A stretch of 64,000 nucleotides of DNA from assembly GCA_963835045.1 (NCBI GenBank), contig CAWIDW010000005.1, positions 63,210-127,209 on the forward strand, read 5' to 3'. The position numbers were made by a program, and so were the translations under genes. Position 1 is the first letter of the stretch. The number at the start of each line of letters is the position of its first letter. This document shows positions 33,146 through 41,985 of the stretch, in pieces. The notes beneath the pieces are model-generated. The model made no database searches and was not told the origin of the DNA. It saw nothing but the letters and a program-made list of their open reading frames with translations. Origin of the DNA: an uncultured bacterium (lineage in GTDB: Bacteria > Patescibacteriota > Minisyncoccia > Minisyncoccales > Staskawiczbacteraceae).

Positions 33146-33745
33146 ATGTTGAAAAATTTGAAAAATTCTTCCGGTAAACTTTCCATGATATTGCTGGTGG
33201 CGGCAGCAGGTTTGGCCGTTTTAATTGTGGGTGTTTATTTTGTTTTGAAGGCAAATGTTTTAAAAACAACTCCTGTTTCCAAACCTCAAACTACCACGAC
33301 AACTACCCAGCCGGTTGTCCCTAAACCGGTTTATACTACAACCATCGGTCAAATACAGTTTAATTTTGAATCTGCCCAAGATCTTGGGAATACTGTAAAA
33401 AGTAATGTCAGTTACGAACCCGATTTGACGACCACTGAAAAATTTATTGAGGTGACGGTCGGGGCCCAAAATACCGGCAAGGTTGACACTGCCCAAGATG
33501 CTTGGAGTTTGGGAAATATCGTAGATTCTGATGGCAGAAATTTTATTCCCGACCAAGATGCCTACGCTTTTTTGCCAAATCCCAATTTGTGCGGGTCAAT
33601 TTTAGAACCTGACTTCCAGCCCACTCCTTGTGTTGAGTTTTATAATGTCTCAAAATCTTCAACCGGTTTGAAAGTCCAGGTTGTATACACCGATCCCAGT
33701 ACTTCAAAAACAAAACAAGCAACCTTGGATTTGTTGGTAAAATAA
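33146..33745 (+). CDS. Membrane-anchored extracellular protein (DUF4352-like beta-sandwich, tentative)
   Basis: TM anchor, Thr/Pro linker, beta-rich domain. Confidence 0.4.
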   Translation: MLKNLKNSSGKLSMILLVAAAGLAVLIVGVYFVLKANVLKTTPVSKPQTTTTTTQPVVPKPVYTTTIGQIQFNFESAQDLGNTVKSNVSYEPDLTTTEKFIEVTVGAQNTGKVDTAQDAWSLGNIVDSDGRNFIPDQDAYAFLPNPNLCGSILEPDFQPTPCVEFYNVSKSSTGLKVQVVYTDPSTSKTKQATLDLLVK

Positions 33746-33764
33746 ACGTAACTAAAATTTTTCT

Positions 33765-34157
33765 ATGATAAAAAACCAAGATCTCAGCCAAGAAGTTTCT
33801 CCCAAGAAACCGGAAGAAGCGTTGGATGCGCCGGAAATATCGCAGGCAGCTCCTGTGGAAAAACCCAAGGCATTAGAAAAAGAAAAAAACCCTGATCAAG
33901 CCGGGCAGGATAAGTTGCGCCAAGAAATAGAAAACATGGATGTTGATGATAGCTCAAAAGCTCAAGTTGCCGCCAGCGCCCAAGACGTGGTAACACTGGA
34001 AGAAAAGGAAAAAATAAAAAAACTGCTCCAAATGGCCAAGACTAAAGGGGTGGTGTATGCCGTGGCTGTGGCCAAAACAATGAATGATCCGTTCGTGCTG
34101 GACACTCTTCACGACGCTCTGGCCAAAGAAGGATACTACAAACAATTTGTAAGATAA
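33765..34157 (+). CDS. Hypothetical acidic protein
   Basis: Intact ORF directly upstream of the TraD-like ATPase. Confidence 0.45.
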   Translation: MIKNQDLSQEVSPKKPEEALDAPEISQAAPVEKPKALEKEKNPDQAGQDKLRQEIENMDVDDSSKAQVAASAQDVVTLEEKEKIKKLLQMAKTKGVVYAVAVAKTMNDPFVLDTLHDALAKEGYYKQFVR

Positions 34158-34184
34158 TTGTTTATTGAGTTTAAATTCAAAATC

Positions 34185-36650
34185 ATGTCGTTACTTATTT
34201 ATATTTTGGGCGGGCTTGGGGCGTTTTTCCTTTTGATGGTGGTTGGTTTCATGGTGGCCTTATCTTCCGAGCAGTCGGAAAAAAATTCGGTTTTTGGGGC
34301 TTTGGATTCAGCCTTGTTTTTGGTATTGATGCCTCAAAATGAAGCTTTAAACGAAGATGTGGCCAAGAAAGAAGAAAAAGTCTTGATTTCAGAAATGGAA
34401 CAAGTGTTGGCAAATTTTTTGTACCTTAAAAAGCCAACCATGTTTCACGATGCTCCGGTGGTGACCCTTGAAATTGCTTCCAGGCTTGGCAGCAGTGACA
34501 TCTCTTTTTATATTTGCGTTCCAAAATATCTTGAAACTTCTTTTGAAAAATATGTCCAGGGAGTTTATCCCCGGGCCATCATAGAAAAAGTGACGGAAGA
34601 TTATACTGTTTTTTTGCCCCAGGGAGAAACGGCCGGAGCGTATTTGAAACTCAAAGAAAATACCTTATTTCCCATCAGCACTTACCAAACCTTGGAAAAA
34701 GATCCCTTGGCCAGCATTACCAATAATTTGGGCCGGATCAACACCCATGAAGGCGCGGCGGTGCAAATTGTCATACGGCCATTGGTGAGTTTTAATTTAA
34801 GAAAAAAAGGGGAAAAAGTATTGTCTAGCATGAGAGAAGGAAAAAAAGTGAGCCAGGCGGTTTCCGAAGCCATGGAAGGTTCTTTTTCCCATATTTTGCG
34901 GGAAATTTTCAAGGCGCCTCCTAAAAAAGAAGACCTGATGCTAAAAAGGGAGCAGGGAATTGACCAGGCCAGCTACGATGCTATCCAAAAAAAAATCCAA
35001 AAGCAGCCCTTTGAAACCAACATCAGAATCGTTGCCTCCGCGCAAACGTTAATTCGGGCAGAAGACGTGGTCAATAATTTGATTAGTTCGTTTAATCAAT
35101 TTTCCGTATCATCCATTAATAGTTTTGACACCAGGATTTTAAAGGGCGCTGGCTTGAAAAGACTGGTCTATGAATTTAGTTTTCGCCTGTTTGACTCCAT
35201 GCAAAGCAACATTTTGAATTTGGAGGAATTGGCCAGTATTTACCATTTTCCAACCCAGTTTACCCAAACGCCCTACATCCAAAATGCCAAGTCAGCCGTG
35301 GCTCCGCCGCCATCCGATTTGCCAGACAAGGGAGTTAACCTTATTGGAAAAGTCTTGTTTCGGGGCGAAGAAAAAGATATTTATTTTGCTTCCAAAGCTG
35401 ACAGGCGCCGCCACTTCTATGTGGTCGGCCAAACCGGTACCGGAAAGTCGGCATTTTTGGAAGGATTGGTTCGCCAAGATATTGAAAATGGGGAGGGCGT
35501 GGCAGTCATTGACCCGCACGGTGATTTCATTGAACACACCTTGGCTTCAATTCCTAAAAACCGAATTGACGACGTAGTGCTTTTTGAGCCATTTAATTTG
35601 GACAGGCCCATGGGTTTAAATATGCTTGAATACGACAGTCCCGAGCAAAAAGATTTTGCGGTCCAAGAAATGATTTCCATTTTTTACAAATTGTTTCCAC
35701 CGGAAATTATCGGCCCCATGTTTGAGCACTACATGCGAAACGCCATGCTGGCTTTGATGGCCGACCAGGAAAATCCCGGCACCTTGGTGGAAATTCCTAA
35801 AATGTTTACCGACCCGGAATTTTTAAAGCAAAAACTGGTGCATGTCACCGACCCAATTGTTAAAAGCTTTTGGCTCAAAGAGTGGGCTCAAACCACGGGA
35901 AATACAAGATCCGACATGCTGGGCTACGTGGTAAGTAAAGTTGGCCGTTTCATTGAAAACGAAATGATGCGAAATATCATTGGCCAGTCCCATTCGGGTT
36001 TTGATTTGGCTCGGATCATGGATGAAGGAAAAATATTTTTAGCCAATTTATCGAAGGGTCAAACCGGCGAGGTTAACAGTTCCTTGTTGGGATTAATTTT
36101 GGTTTCCAAAATGCAAATGGCCGCCATGAAGCGCGCGGGAAAATCCGAAGCCAGCCGCAAAGATTTTTATTTGTACATTGACGAGTTTCAAAATTTCACC
36201 ACTGACAGCATTTCCACCATTTTATCCGAAGCCCGAAAATACAAGTTGAACTTGACCTTGGCTCATCAATACATTCCCCAATTAACCGAGCAAATTCGTG
36301 ATTCAGTTTTTGGCAACGTGGGCACCATGGGAGCGTTTCGGGTGGGAGCCACCGATGCTGAATTTTTGGAAAAGCAGTTTGAACCCGGTTTTTCCCGTTT
36401 TGATTTGGTGAATTTGGATAACTACAACTTAATCATCAAAATGATGCTTAACAACAAAACTTCCACTCCGTTTAAAATGCAAACTTTGCCGCCCAAACCC
36501 GGCAAGCCACAAATCGTAGAAGCCATCAAACAAATCTCGCGCCTAAAATACGGCAGACCCAAAGCCATCGTAGAAGAAGACATCCTAAAACGCTCCTTCA
36601 CTGCCACGCCCGTAGCACCACAAACCCCGCCACCCATAAATTTAAAATAA
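34185..36650 (+). CDS. TraD/VirD4/TraG-like (type IV coupling-protein-like) P-loop ATPase, membrane anchored
   Basis: N-terminal TM helix; Walker A GQTGTGKS, Walker B FYLYIDEFQNF; ..LTLAHQY.. sensor region. Confidence 0.7.
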   Translation: MSLLIYILGGLGAFFLLMVVGFMVALSSEQSEKNSVFGALDSALFLVLMPQNEALNEDVAKKEEKVLISEMEQVLANFLYLKKPTMFHDAPVVTLEIASRLGSSDISFYICVPKYLETSFEKYVQGVYPRAIIEKVTEDYTVFLPQGETAGAYLKLKENTLFPISTYQTLEKDPLASITNNLGRINTHEGAAVQIVIRPLVSFNLRKKGEKVLSSMREGKKVSQAVSEAMEGSFSHILREIFKAPPKKEDLMLKREQGIDQASYDAIQKKIQKQPFETNIRIVASAQTLIRAEDVVNNLISSFNQFSVSSINSFDTRILKGAGLKRLVYEFSFRLFDSMQSNILNLEELASIYHFPTQFTQTPYIQNAKSAVAPPPSDLPDKGVNLIGKVLFRGEEKDIYFASKADRRRHFYVVGQTGTGKSAFLEGLVRQDIENGEGVAVIDPHGDFIEHTLASIPKNRIDDVVLFEPFNLDRPMGLNMLEYDSPEQKDFAVQEMISIFYKLFPPEIIGPMFEHYMRNAMLALMADQENPGTLVEIPKMFTDPEFLKQKLVHVTDPIVKSFWLKEWAQTTGNTRSDMLGYVVSKVGRFIENEMMRNIIGQSHSGFDLARIMDEGKIFLANLSKGQTGEVNSSLLGLILVSKMQMAAMKRAGKSEASRKDFYLYIDEFQNFTTDSISTILSEARKYKLNLTLAHQYIPQLTEQIRDSVFGNVGTMGAFRVGATDAEFLEKQFEPGFSRFDLVNLDNYNLIIKMMLNNKTSTPFKMQTLPPKPGKPQIVEAIKQISRLKYGRPKAIVEEDILKRSFTATPVAPQTPPPINLK

Positions 36651-36655
36651 AAAAC

Positions 36656-36686
36656 AGCCCGAAGATATCATCTTCGGGCTTTGTTT
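36656..36686 (+). terminator. Rho-independent terminator
   Basis: agcccgaaga tatca tcttcgggct followed by ttgttt. Confidence 0.65.
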
Positions 36687-36852
36687 GAGCGTCACCTTGT
36701 TCTCTTAGTGCGGTTTGTGGTTTGAGTTATCTTCAACCACAACTACTTCCAATAGTAATGCCCAGCAGATCGGGTCTGAAAGTTCTTGCGGGTGTTGCTT
36801 TTTCCACTCTCCGATTTCGCCGCGCTGCACCAGAAAGCTGAAGCCACCAAGA

Positions 36853-37074
36853 ATGGAAATGATTCCCAGCAAGAACAGCCAAAACGCAGAGGCTATGGAA
36901 GAAACTATAGAGTATGCCGAAGTTATAGAGGATGAGCCACAAGATGCAATGGATGCGGTTAGTCAACAAAAAGAAGGAATGTTGAAAAAAGTGGGGGATT
37001 TTCTTCTTCGTAATCCTGAGATAGGAATAGTTATTAGCGGAGCTGCGGGAGCTTTATTAAGGAGTTTGTTTTAA
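36853..37074 (+). CDS. Hypothetical small acidic protein with C-terminal hydrophobic tail
   Basis: ATG 36853 within track ORF 36715..; weak support. Confidence 0.3.
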   Translation: MEMIPSKNSQNAEAMEETIEYAEVIEDEPQDAMDAVSQQKEGMLKKVGDFLLRNPEIGIVISGAAGALLRSLF

Positions 37075-37101
37075 AAATTTATAAATTAAAAATTATTTTT
37101 T

Positions 37102-37527
37102 ATGCAAGATATTAAAAATTTTAAAGAACAGATTGCAGATATAGCGCTGAATATATCAAGGTTTTCCAAAATAGAAAAAAGTAGGATTGTTTCTGGTTTG
37201 ATGAATAATGTTTCGATTGCAGTAAATATTGCAGTTTTGGATAAATTATCCAAAGAAGATGCAAAAAAATTAGTGGAATTATCTAAGTCCAAAAATAAAG
37301 CGAAGGCACTGAAATACGCTAATTCAAAAATAAAAAACTTGTCATTGGTAGTTACGGAGGCGACAAGACAGACGATTGAGGACTTTAATCGTAGGAGAAT
37401 GAAAAATTATAAAAATAAAAACATCTCCTATGTTGAAAAGCCAAGTGGTCAAAAGGCTTCAAAAAATCAACCTGGAGAAGAATTAAAAGGACTGTACGAT
37501 CAAATTAATAAGGCTTATGATCAGTAG
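37102..37527 (+). CDS. Hypothetical Lys-rich protein
   Basis: Intact ORF followed by a terminator. Confidence 0.45.
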   Translation: MQDIKNFKEQIADIALNISRFSKIEKSRIVSGLMNNVSIAVNIAVLDKLSKEDAKKLVELSKSKNKAKALKYANSKIKNLSLVVTEATRQTIEDFNRRRMKNYKNKNISYVEKPSGQKASKNQPGEELKGLYDQINKAYDQ

Positions 37528-37535
37528 GTTTTAGT

Positions 37536-37563
37536 TAAAAAACCGCCATTGGCGGTTTTTTTA
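37536..37563. terminator. Bidirectional terminator between convergent genes
   Basis: aaaaaaccgcc att ggcggttttttt. Confidence 0.7.
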
Positions 37564-37605
37564 ATTTTTGTTTTTTATATTTCGTATCGCATATTCCATA
37601 AAAAA

Positions 37606-38172
37606 TTATTCGCTCGCGCGTTTGACGTATTCTCCCAGTTCCGTGTTGACCTCAATCATGTCGCCTTCTTCAATGAACAATGGGACTTGGACGGCGGCGC
37701 CGGATTCTAGGATGGCTTCTTTGGTGCCGCCTTGGGCTCGGTCGCCTTTAACTCCGGGAGCAGCTTCCTTTACTTTGAGAGTTACTTTGATGGGGGACTT
37801 AACGTTGATGATTTTTTCGCCAAAGACAACACCTTCCATAATAGAATTTGGTTTAAAAAACTTGGCTTGTTTGCCCAGTTGATCTTCGGTAAAGAAAAAC
37901 CGTTTTGAAGGGTCTTTTTCTTCAGAGAACCAATACTGGCCTTTGCTTTGGTATAAAAATTTAATGGAAAGCTTTTCCAAATTAGCTTCATCAAAAACAT
38001 CTCCTTGCTGGAAGTTTTTTTCTTGGAATCGGCCATCAATAAGGTTTTTAATTTTGGTTTGCACCACCGGGCGACGCTGGGCCATTTTAACCAAAAGCGC
38101 GTCCATTACTTCCCATGGCTGATTTTCAAAAATAAATTGAGTACCCTTTTTTAAGTCGGTATGTGTGAGCAT
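37606..38172 (-). CDS. efp: Elongation factor P (non-canonical beta3-beta4 loop)
   Basis: Gapless alignment by eye to E. coli EF-P over the N-terminus; C-terminal ..PGVKGDRAQGGTKEAILESGAAVQVPLFIEEGD.I.V.T..GEY..R. Confidence 0.9.
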   Translation of the reverse strand: MLTHTDLKKGTQFIFENQPWEVMDALLVKMAQRRPVVQTKIKNLIDGRFQEKNFQQGDVFDEANLEKLSIKFLYQSKGQYWFSEEKDPSKRFFFTEDQLGKQAKFFKPNSIMEGVVFGEKIINVKSPIKVTLKVKEAAPGVKGDRAQGGTKEAILESGAAVQVPLFIEEGDMIEVNTELGEYVKRASE

Positions 38173-38177
38173 GCTAT

Positions 38178-38242
38178 GTAACGGGTAGCCAGTAACCGGT
38201 AACGCGTAATTTCCTGGTTACGGGTTCCTGGTTACGGGTTAC
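38178..38242. repeat. Intergenic imperfect palindrome, family C copy 2 (inverted relative to copy 1)
   Basis: Its reverse complement begins gtaacccgtaaccaggaacccgtaacc, identical over 27 nt to 18338-18364. Confidence 0.85.
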
Positions 38243-38243
38243 T

Positions 38244-38918
38244 TTAGTTTATTGTTCTCCACTCAATCTCCGTTTCTTTCCCCACAAACAGAAGCCACTC
38301 TCCGTTTACAATCACATACCACTTTTTTTTGGCTTCATTGAAAACCATCGGATCTCCCAAGTAGAACGGCTTTTTTGTGGCTTCTTTGGGTTTGAGTTGA
38401 TCTAGTTCTAACCACTTTTTAAAAACGGTCTCAATGGTGTAGTCCAGTTTTCGGGACTTTGCCCAAGCTGCTACCGTATCAATGGCGGCTTTGGAAGCTT
38501 CAATGGAGCCGGCTAGCTGCAGTAATTGCTTGGCGGGTTTGGTGAATCTGGAGTAAACGATTTTCCTTTTTTTAGCATTTTCTTTGAGTTCTTGCAAGCC
38601 CAATCCCTTGGAAGCAAAAAAATGGGTGACGAGCTGGCGAATGGCCGTTTCTTCTTTTAACTTTTCAAAATCCTTGATGCCTCCTTTTTTAATGTATTCT
38701 TCAATACGTTTGGCCGAGCGTTCACCAATTCCTGGAATTTCCTCTAGCCCCTTTAACTTTTTTGCCTGATACGTTTCCCAAACATCGGTTTTGAGGCTCT
38801 CCAAAACTCGCGCCGCATTTTTGTAGCCACGAATGCGAAAATCCTGGCGTTCGCCCTTAATTTCTAGGAGCTCGGCCATTTGGTTGAAAATGTCAGCAAT
38901 TTTTTTATTAGTCTCCAT
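38244..38918 (-). CDS. Helix-hairpin-helix protein resembling only the N-terminal (8-kDa/HhH) part of family-X DNA polymerases
   Basis: NKKIADIFNQMAELLEIKGE..FRIRGYKNAARVLESL ... LEEIPGIGERSAKRIEEYI; no palm-domain motifs. Confidence 0.5.
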   Translation of the reverse strand: METNKKIADIFNQMAELLEIKGERQDFRIRGYKNAARVLESLKTDVWETYQAKKLKGLEEIPGIGERSAKRIEEYIKKGGIKDFEKLKEETAIRQLVTHFFASKGLGLQELKENAKKRKIVYSRFTKPAKQLLQLAGSIEASKAAIDTVAAWAKSRKLDYTIETVFKKWLELDQLKPKEATKKPFYLGDPMVFNEAKKKWYVIVNGEWLLFVGKETEIEWRTIN

Positions 38919-38955
38919 GTAAATATAGTAACACAAGCCAAAAACCCAGACACTA

Positions 38956-38984
38956 TTGACAAATACATTTTTAAGGTTTATAAT
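38956..38984 (+). promoter_or_regulatory. Consensus sigma70 promoter
   Basis: TTGACA (38956-38961), 17-nt spacer, TATAAT (38979-38984). Confidence 0.55.
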
Positions 38985-39033
38985 TCGGTAGTATCAATAT
39001 CCGATTCTTTTTGCTTAACAAAGGAGATTGAAT

Positions 39034-39426
39034 ATGTCGGTATTTTGGGGTTTGAGTATTTGGCTTGTTCTTTTTGCTGTTTTCGTCTGGGTTCTTTGGT
39101 GTCCAGCTCGTCCCAAGAGCTTGCTGGGAGGGCCGAGTCACGAAGAATTAATTGGTCGGGAAGTCTTGGCCAAACAAGCCGACGAGAGGCTTGAGCTTCA
39201 GACAAAAGCAAAAGAAAAAGAATTTCAGGAATTCTTAGCAAGCCTAGAAGCAGAGGGATGGGTGCCGCGAACGGAGCAAGAATCCTATCTCATTGATGAG
39301 TTGGATATTGCGCCTCCAGTTTTGGCCCTGCCTCAAGGAAGAGGTCTTTTCAAGATCTACTCCCATCCCGACCCCGAATTTCTTGTCAGAGACCATCTGC
39401 AGCAGTACCTAATTTACAGCAGATGA
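39034..39426 (+). CDS. Hypothetical membrane-anchored protein (GC-richer, SD-bearing)
   Basis: AAAGGAG upstream of ATG 39034; N-terminal TM helix. Confidence 0.5.
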   Translation: MSVFWGLSIWLVLFAVFVWVLWCPARPKSLLGGPSHEELIGREVLAKQADERLELQTKAKEKEFQEFLASLEAEGWVPRTEQESYLIDELDIAPPVLALPQGRGLFKIYSHPDPEFLVRDHLQQYLIYSR

Positions 39427-39509
39427 TCTTAAGGAGTTGCTCGCCCGGCAACTCTTCTTTTTTTACATAAAAAATCCCGAACCTTGGAGGGGTTCGGGTT
39501 TTTGATTAG

Positions 39510-39806
39510 CTAAAAGCAAATTCCAATTTCTCTTTTCTCTTTAAGAACTTGGATCTCCTTTTTTAGCTCATCATTTTCCTGGGCCAGCGCCAGCATAATT
39601 TTTGGCAAAACAGAGCTGGTTATGTCATAGCCGAAGTCTAATTGGCAAAGAGCCGTGAGGCGACTTTTTGCCAACCAATGTTCCTGGTTGCCGTAGGGAT
39701 ACAGGAGTTTTACCCTGCATCGGCCAACTCCAACCGCTTCAACTATCCCAAGATACACATCCTTTTTTACTTTCCAGGCGACCAAGGTGTTTTGTCTCAT
39801 TTCCAT
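39510..39806 (-). CDS. Hypothetical 98-aa protein (GC-richer, SD-bearing)
   Basis: AAGGGGG upstream of the ATG; C-terminal coiled-coil. Confidence 0.45.
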   Translation of the reverse strand: MEMRQNTLVAWKVKKDVYLGIVEAVGVGRCRVKLLYPYGNQEHWLAKSRLTALCQLDFGYDITSSVLPKIMLALAQENDELKKEIQVLKEKREIGICF

Positions 39807-39912
39807 GCGGCCCCCTTAACTTTGGAGAATGATTTGTGCTAAAAACATAATATAACCATTTTTTTCCTATGTCAAGAGTGAAATCGGAGCACTTTTTTGA
39901 TAAGCTTAAACC

Positions 39913-40479
39913 ATGAACAAAAGGCATCGAATTTTTATCGCCATTAATTTGCCGGTTGATATTAAAAAGCGTCTGGCCGGTTTTGAAAAAAAGTGGTCGG
40001 ATCTTCCTGCCAAATGGACGCCGCAGGATAATTTGCATATCACCTTGCTTTTTTTGGGAGACGTTACTGATGAGGAATTGGGGAATGTCTGTCTTACGGT
40101 AAAGCGGGTTGCCAAGGATCAACAATCATTTAATGTGGTTTTACAAAAAGTGGCTTACGGGCCAGAAGGAAAAATTCCACCTCGATATATTTGGGTGGGT
40201 GGCCAAACGATTAAAGAAGCCGTGGCGCTCAAACACGATTTGGAAAATGCTCTTAATGATGTGGTAAAATTTGCCCTTGATAAAAATGTATTTACCCCGC
40301 ACATCACCCTGGCCCGAGTAAAAGAATGGGAATGGCGAGCCCTGGAACCAGAAGAGCGGCCGGAAGTTAACGAAACCATGGAGCTGACATTTACGGTTGA
40401 GTCAATTGAAGTGATGGAGTCGGAATTGACCAGGCAAGGGCCAAGGTACACGGTGGTGGAGTCCCACCAGTTACAATAA
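39913..40479 (+). CDS. thpR: RNA 2',3'-cyclic phosphodiesterase (2H phosphoesterase, ThpR/LigT)
   Basis: Two HxT motifs: LHITLLFLG and PHITLARV. Confidence 0.85.
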   Translation: MNKRHRIFIAINLPVDIKKRLAGFEKKWSDLPAKWTPQDNLHITLLFLGDVTDEELGNVCLTVKRVAKDQQSFNVVLQKVAYGPEGKIPPRYIWVGGQTIKEAVALKHDLENALNDVVKFALDKNVFTPHITLARVKEWEWRALEPEERPEVNETMELTFTVESIEVMESELTRQGPRYTVVESHQLQ

Positions 40480-40598
40480 TTTCGAATTCTGAATTTTGAA
40501 TAAAATCAGAATACGTTAATGACACAAACACGTTTCACGTTTCGAAATTAACTCATTTAAATATTTAATCAAAATTCAAAATTAGAAATTCAAAATTC
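40478..40598. repeat. Intergenic imperfect palindrome, family-A-like variant (AATTCGAAAT / AAATTCAAAATT arms)
   Basis: aatttcgaattctgaattttgaat ... cacgtttcacgtttcgaaatt ... atcaaaattcaaaattagaaattcaaaattc. Confidence 0.75.
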
Positions 40599-40600
40599 AC

Positions 40601-41935
40601 GTGAAAGTTCATTTCATCGGCATTGGCGGCATCGGCGTATCTGCCATTGCCCAGTATTATTTGCAAAAAGGGGACCAAGTTTCTGGTTCTGATTTGGCGG
40701 CTTCGGAAATTACCGATGCCCTGGCAAAAAAAGGCGTTCAGATTTTCATTGGCAACAAACCCGAGAATATCCAGCAAAATATTGATCGGGTAATTTATAG
40801 CCCAGCAGTGAAAAAAGATAATCCGGAAATGTTGCAAGCTCTAAGTTTCAAGTTACAAGTTTTAAGTTACCCCGAAGCCCTTGGAGAATTGACCCGCCAA
40901 TACGACACCATTGCGATTTCCGGAAGCCATGGCAAAAGCACCACCACCGCTATGACAGCTTTGGTTTTGATAAAAGCGGGAATTGATCCAACCGTGATTG
41001 TTGGTACAAAACTACGCGAATTTGCTTCGTCCGCCAGTAGCCTTGGCGAAGGTGGAGCGACTAATTTTAGAATGGGCAAAAGCAAGTGGCTGGTGATTGA
41101 AGCCTGTGAATACGACGGGTCATTCATTAATTATTTTCCAAAAATTGCAGTCATCACTAATGTGGACAAAGAACACTTAGATTATTTTAAAACTTTTGCC
41201 AATGTGGTGAAGACTTTTAAAGAGTTTATCAAAAAATTACCGATAGACGGATTTTTGGTGGCTAATAAAGATGATCAGGGAATGGCAAAGGTCAAATATC
41301 AAACCTCAAAACCACAATTCAAAATTCAAACGTATTCGCTTAAACAACCCGAAGCAAAAAAAATAGCCAAGATTATGCAAATTCCGGGTAAGCACAATGT
41401 GTCCAATGCCTTGGCGGCCTTGGCGGTGGCGCGAATTTTGAAAATTAAAGATGCAGTTACATTTGAGGCTCTATCAGAATTTAAAGGTTCTTGGCGCCGG
41501 TTTGATGTAAAAGAGGGGATTGCCAATGGTAAAAAAATTACCGTGGTCAGTGATTATGCTCATCACCCCAACGAGATTAAAGCCACGCTGCAAGCTGCCC
41601 GGGAAAAATATCCCCAAAAAAAAATCTGGTGCATTTTCCAGCCCCATCAATACCAGCGCACCTACTATTTATTCAACGATTTTGTAAAAGTCTTGCGGGC
41701 AGCAAAAATAGACCAAATTATTATTACCGACATTTATGACGTCGCCGGCCGTGAAGAAAAAAACATCAGCCAGGAAGTCAGCTCCCAAAGCCTAGTAAAA
41801 AAAATCAATCGCAAGCACATTCAATACATGTCGATGAGTGAGGCAGAAAATTTTGTAAAAGAGAATATTAAAAATGGGGAAGTCCTCATCATTATGGGCG
41901 CGGGAGACATTTATCAATTGGTAAATAAATTTTAA
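40601..41935 (+). CDS. murC: UDP-N-acetylmuramate--L-alanine ligase
   Basis: GTG start; HFIGIGGIGVSAIA and GSHGKSTTT motifs. Confidence 0.9.
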   Translation: MKVHFIGIGGIGVSAIAQYYLQKGDQVSGSDLAASEITDALAKKGVQIFIGNKPENIQQNIDRVIYSPAVKKDNPEMLQALSFKLQVLSYPEALGELTRQYDTIAISGSHGKSTTTAMTALVLIKAGIDPTVIVGTKLREFASSASSLGEGGATNFRMGKSKWLVIEACEYDGSFINYFPKIAVITNVDKEHLDYFKTFANVVKTFKEFIKKLPIDGFLVANKDDQGMAKVKYQTSKPQFKIQTYSLKQPEAKKIAKIMQIPGKHNVSNALAALAVARILKIKDAVTFEALSEFKGSWRRFDVKEGIANGKKITVVSDYAHHPNEIKATLQAAREKYPQKKIWCIFQPHQYQRTYYLFNDFVKVLRAAKIDQIIITDIYDVAGREEKNISQEVSSQSLVKKINRKHIQYMSMSEAENFVKENIKNGEVLIIMGAGDIYQLVNKF

Positions 41936-41970
41936 AGAAAAAAGGCAAATCCAACAGGATTTGCCTTTGC
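41936..41970. terminator. Bidirectional terminator
   Basis: aaaggcaaatcc aaca ggatttgccttt. Confidence 0.7.
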
Positions 41971-41985
41971 CCAGATTAGGCCTTT

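Noticed and set aside
36733-36969. Minus-strand 78-aa hydrophobic ORF opposite the small acidic ORF 36853..37074
   Set aside because: It has no start context and overlaps the terminator-proximal region. The plus-strand reading matches the style of neighbouring small acidic proteins. Both are weak, and only the plus-strand ORF is kept, at low confidence.
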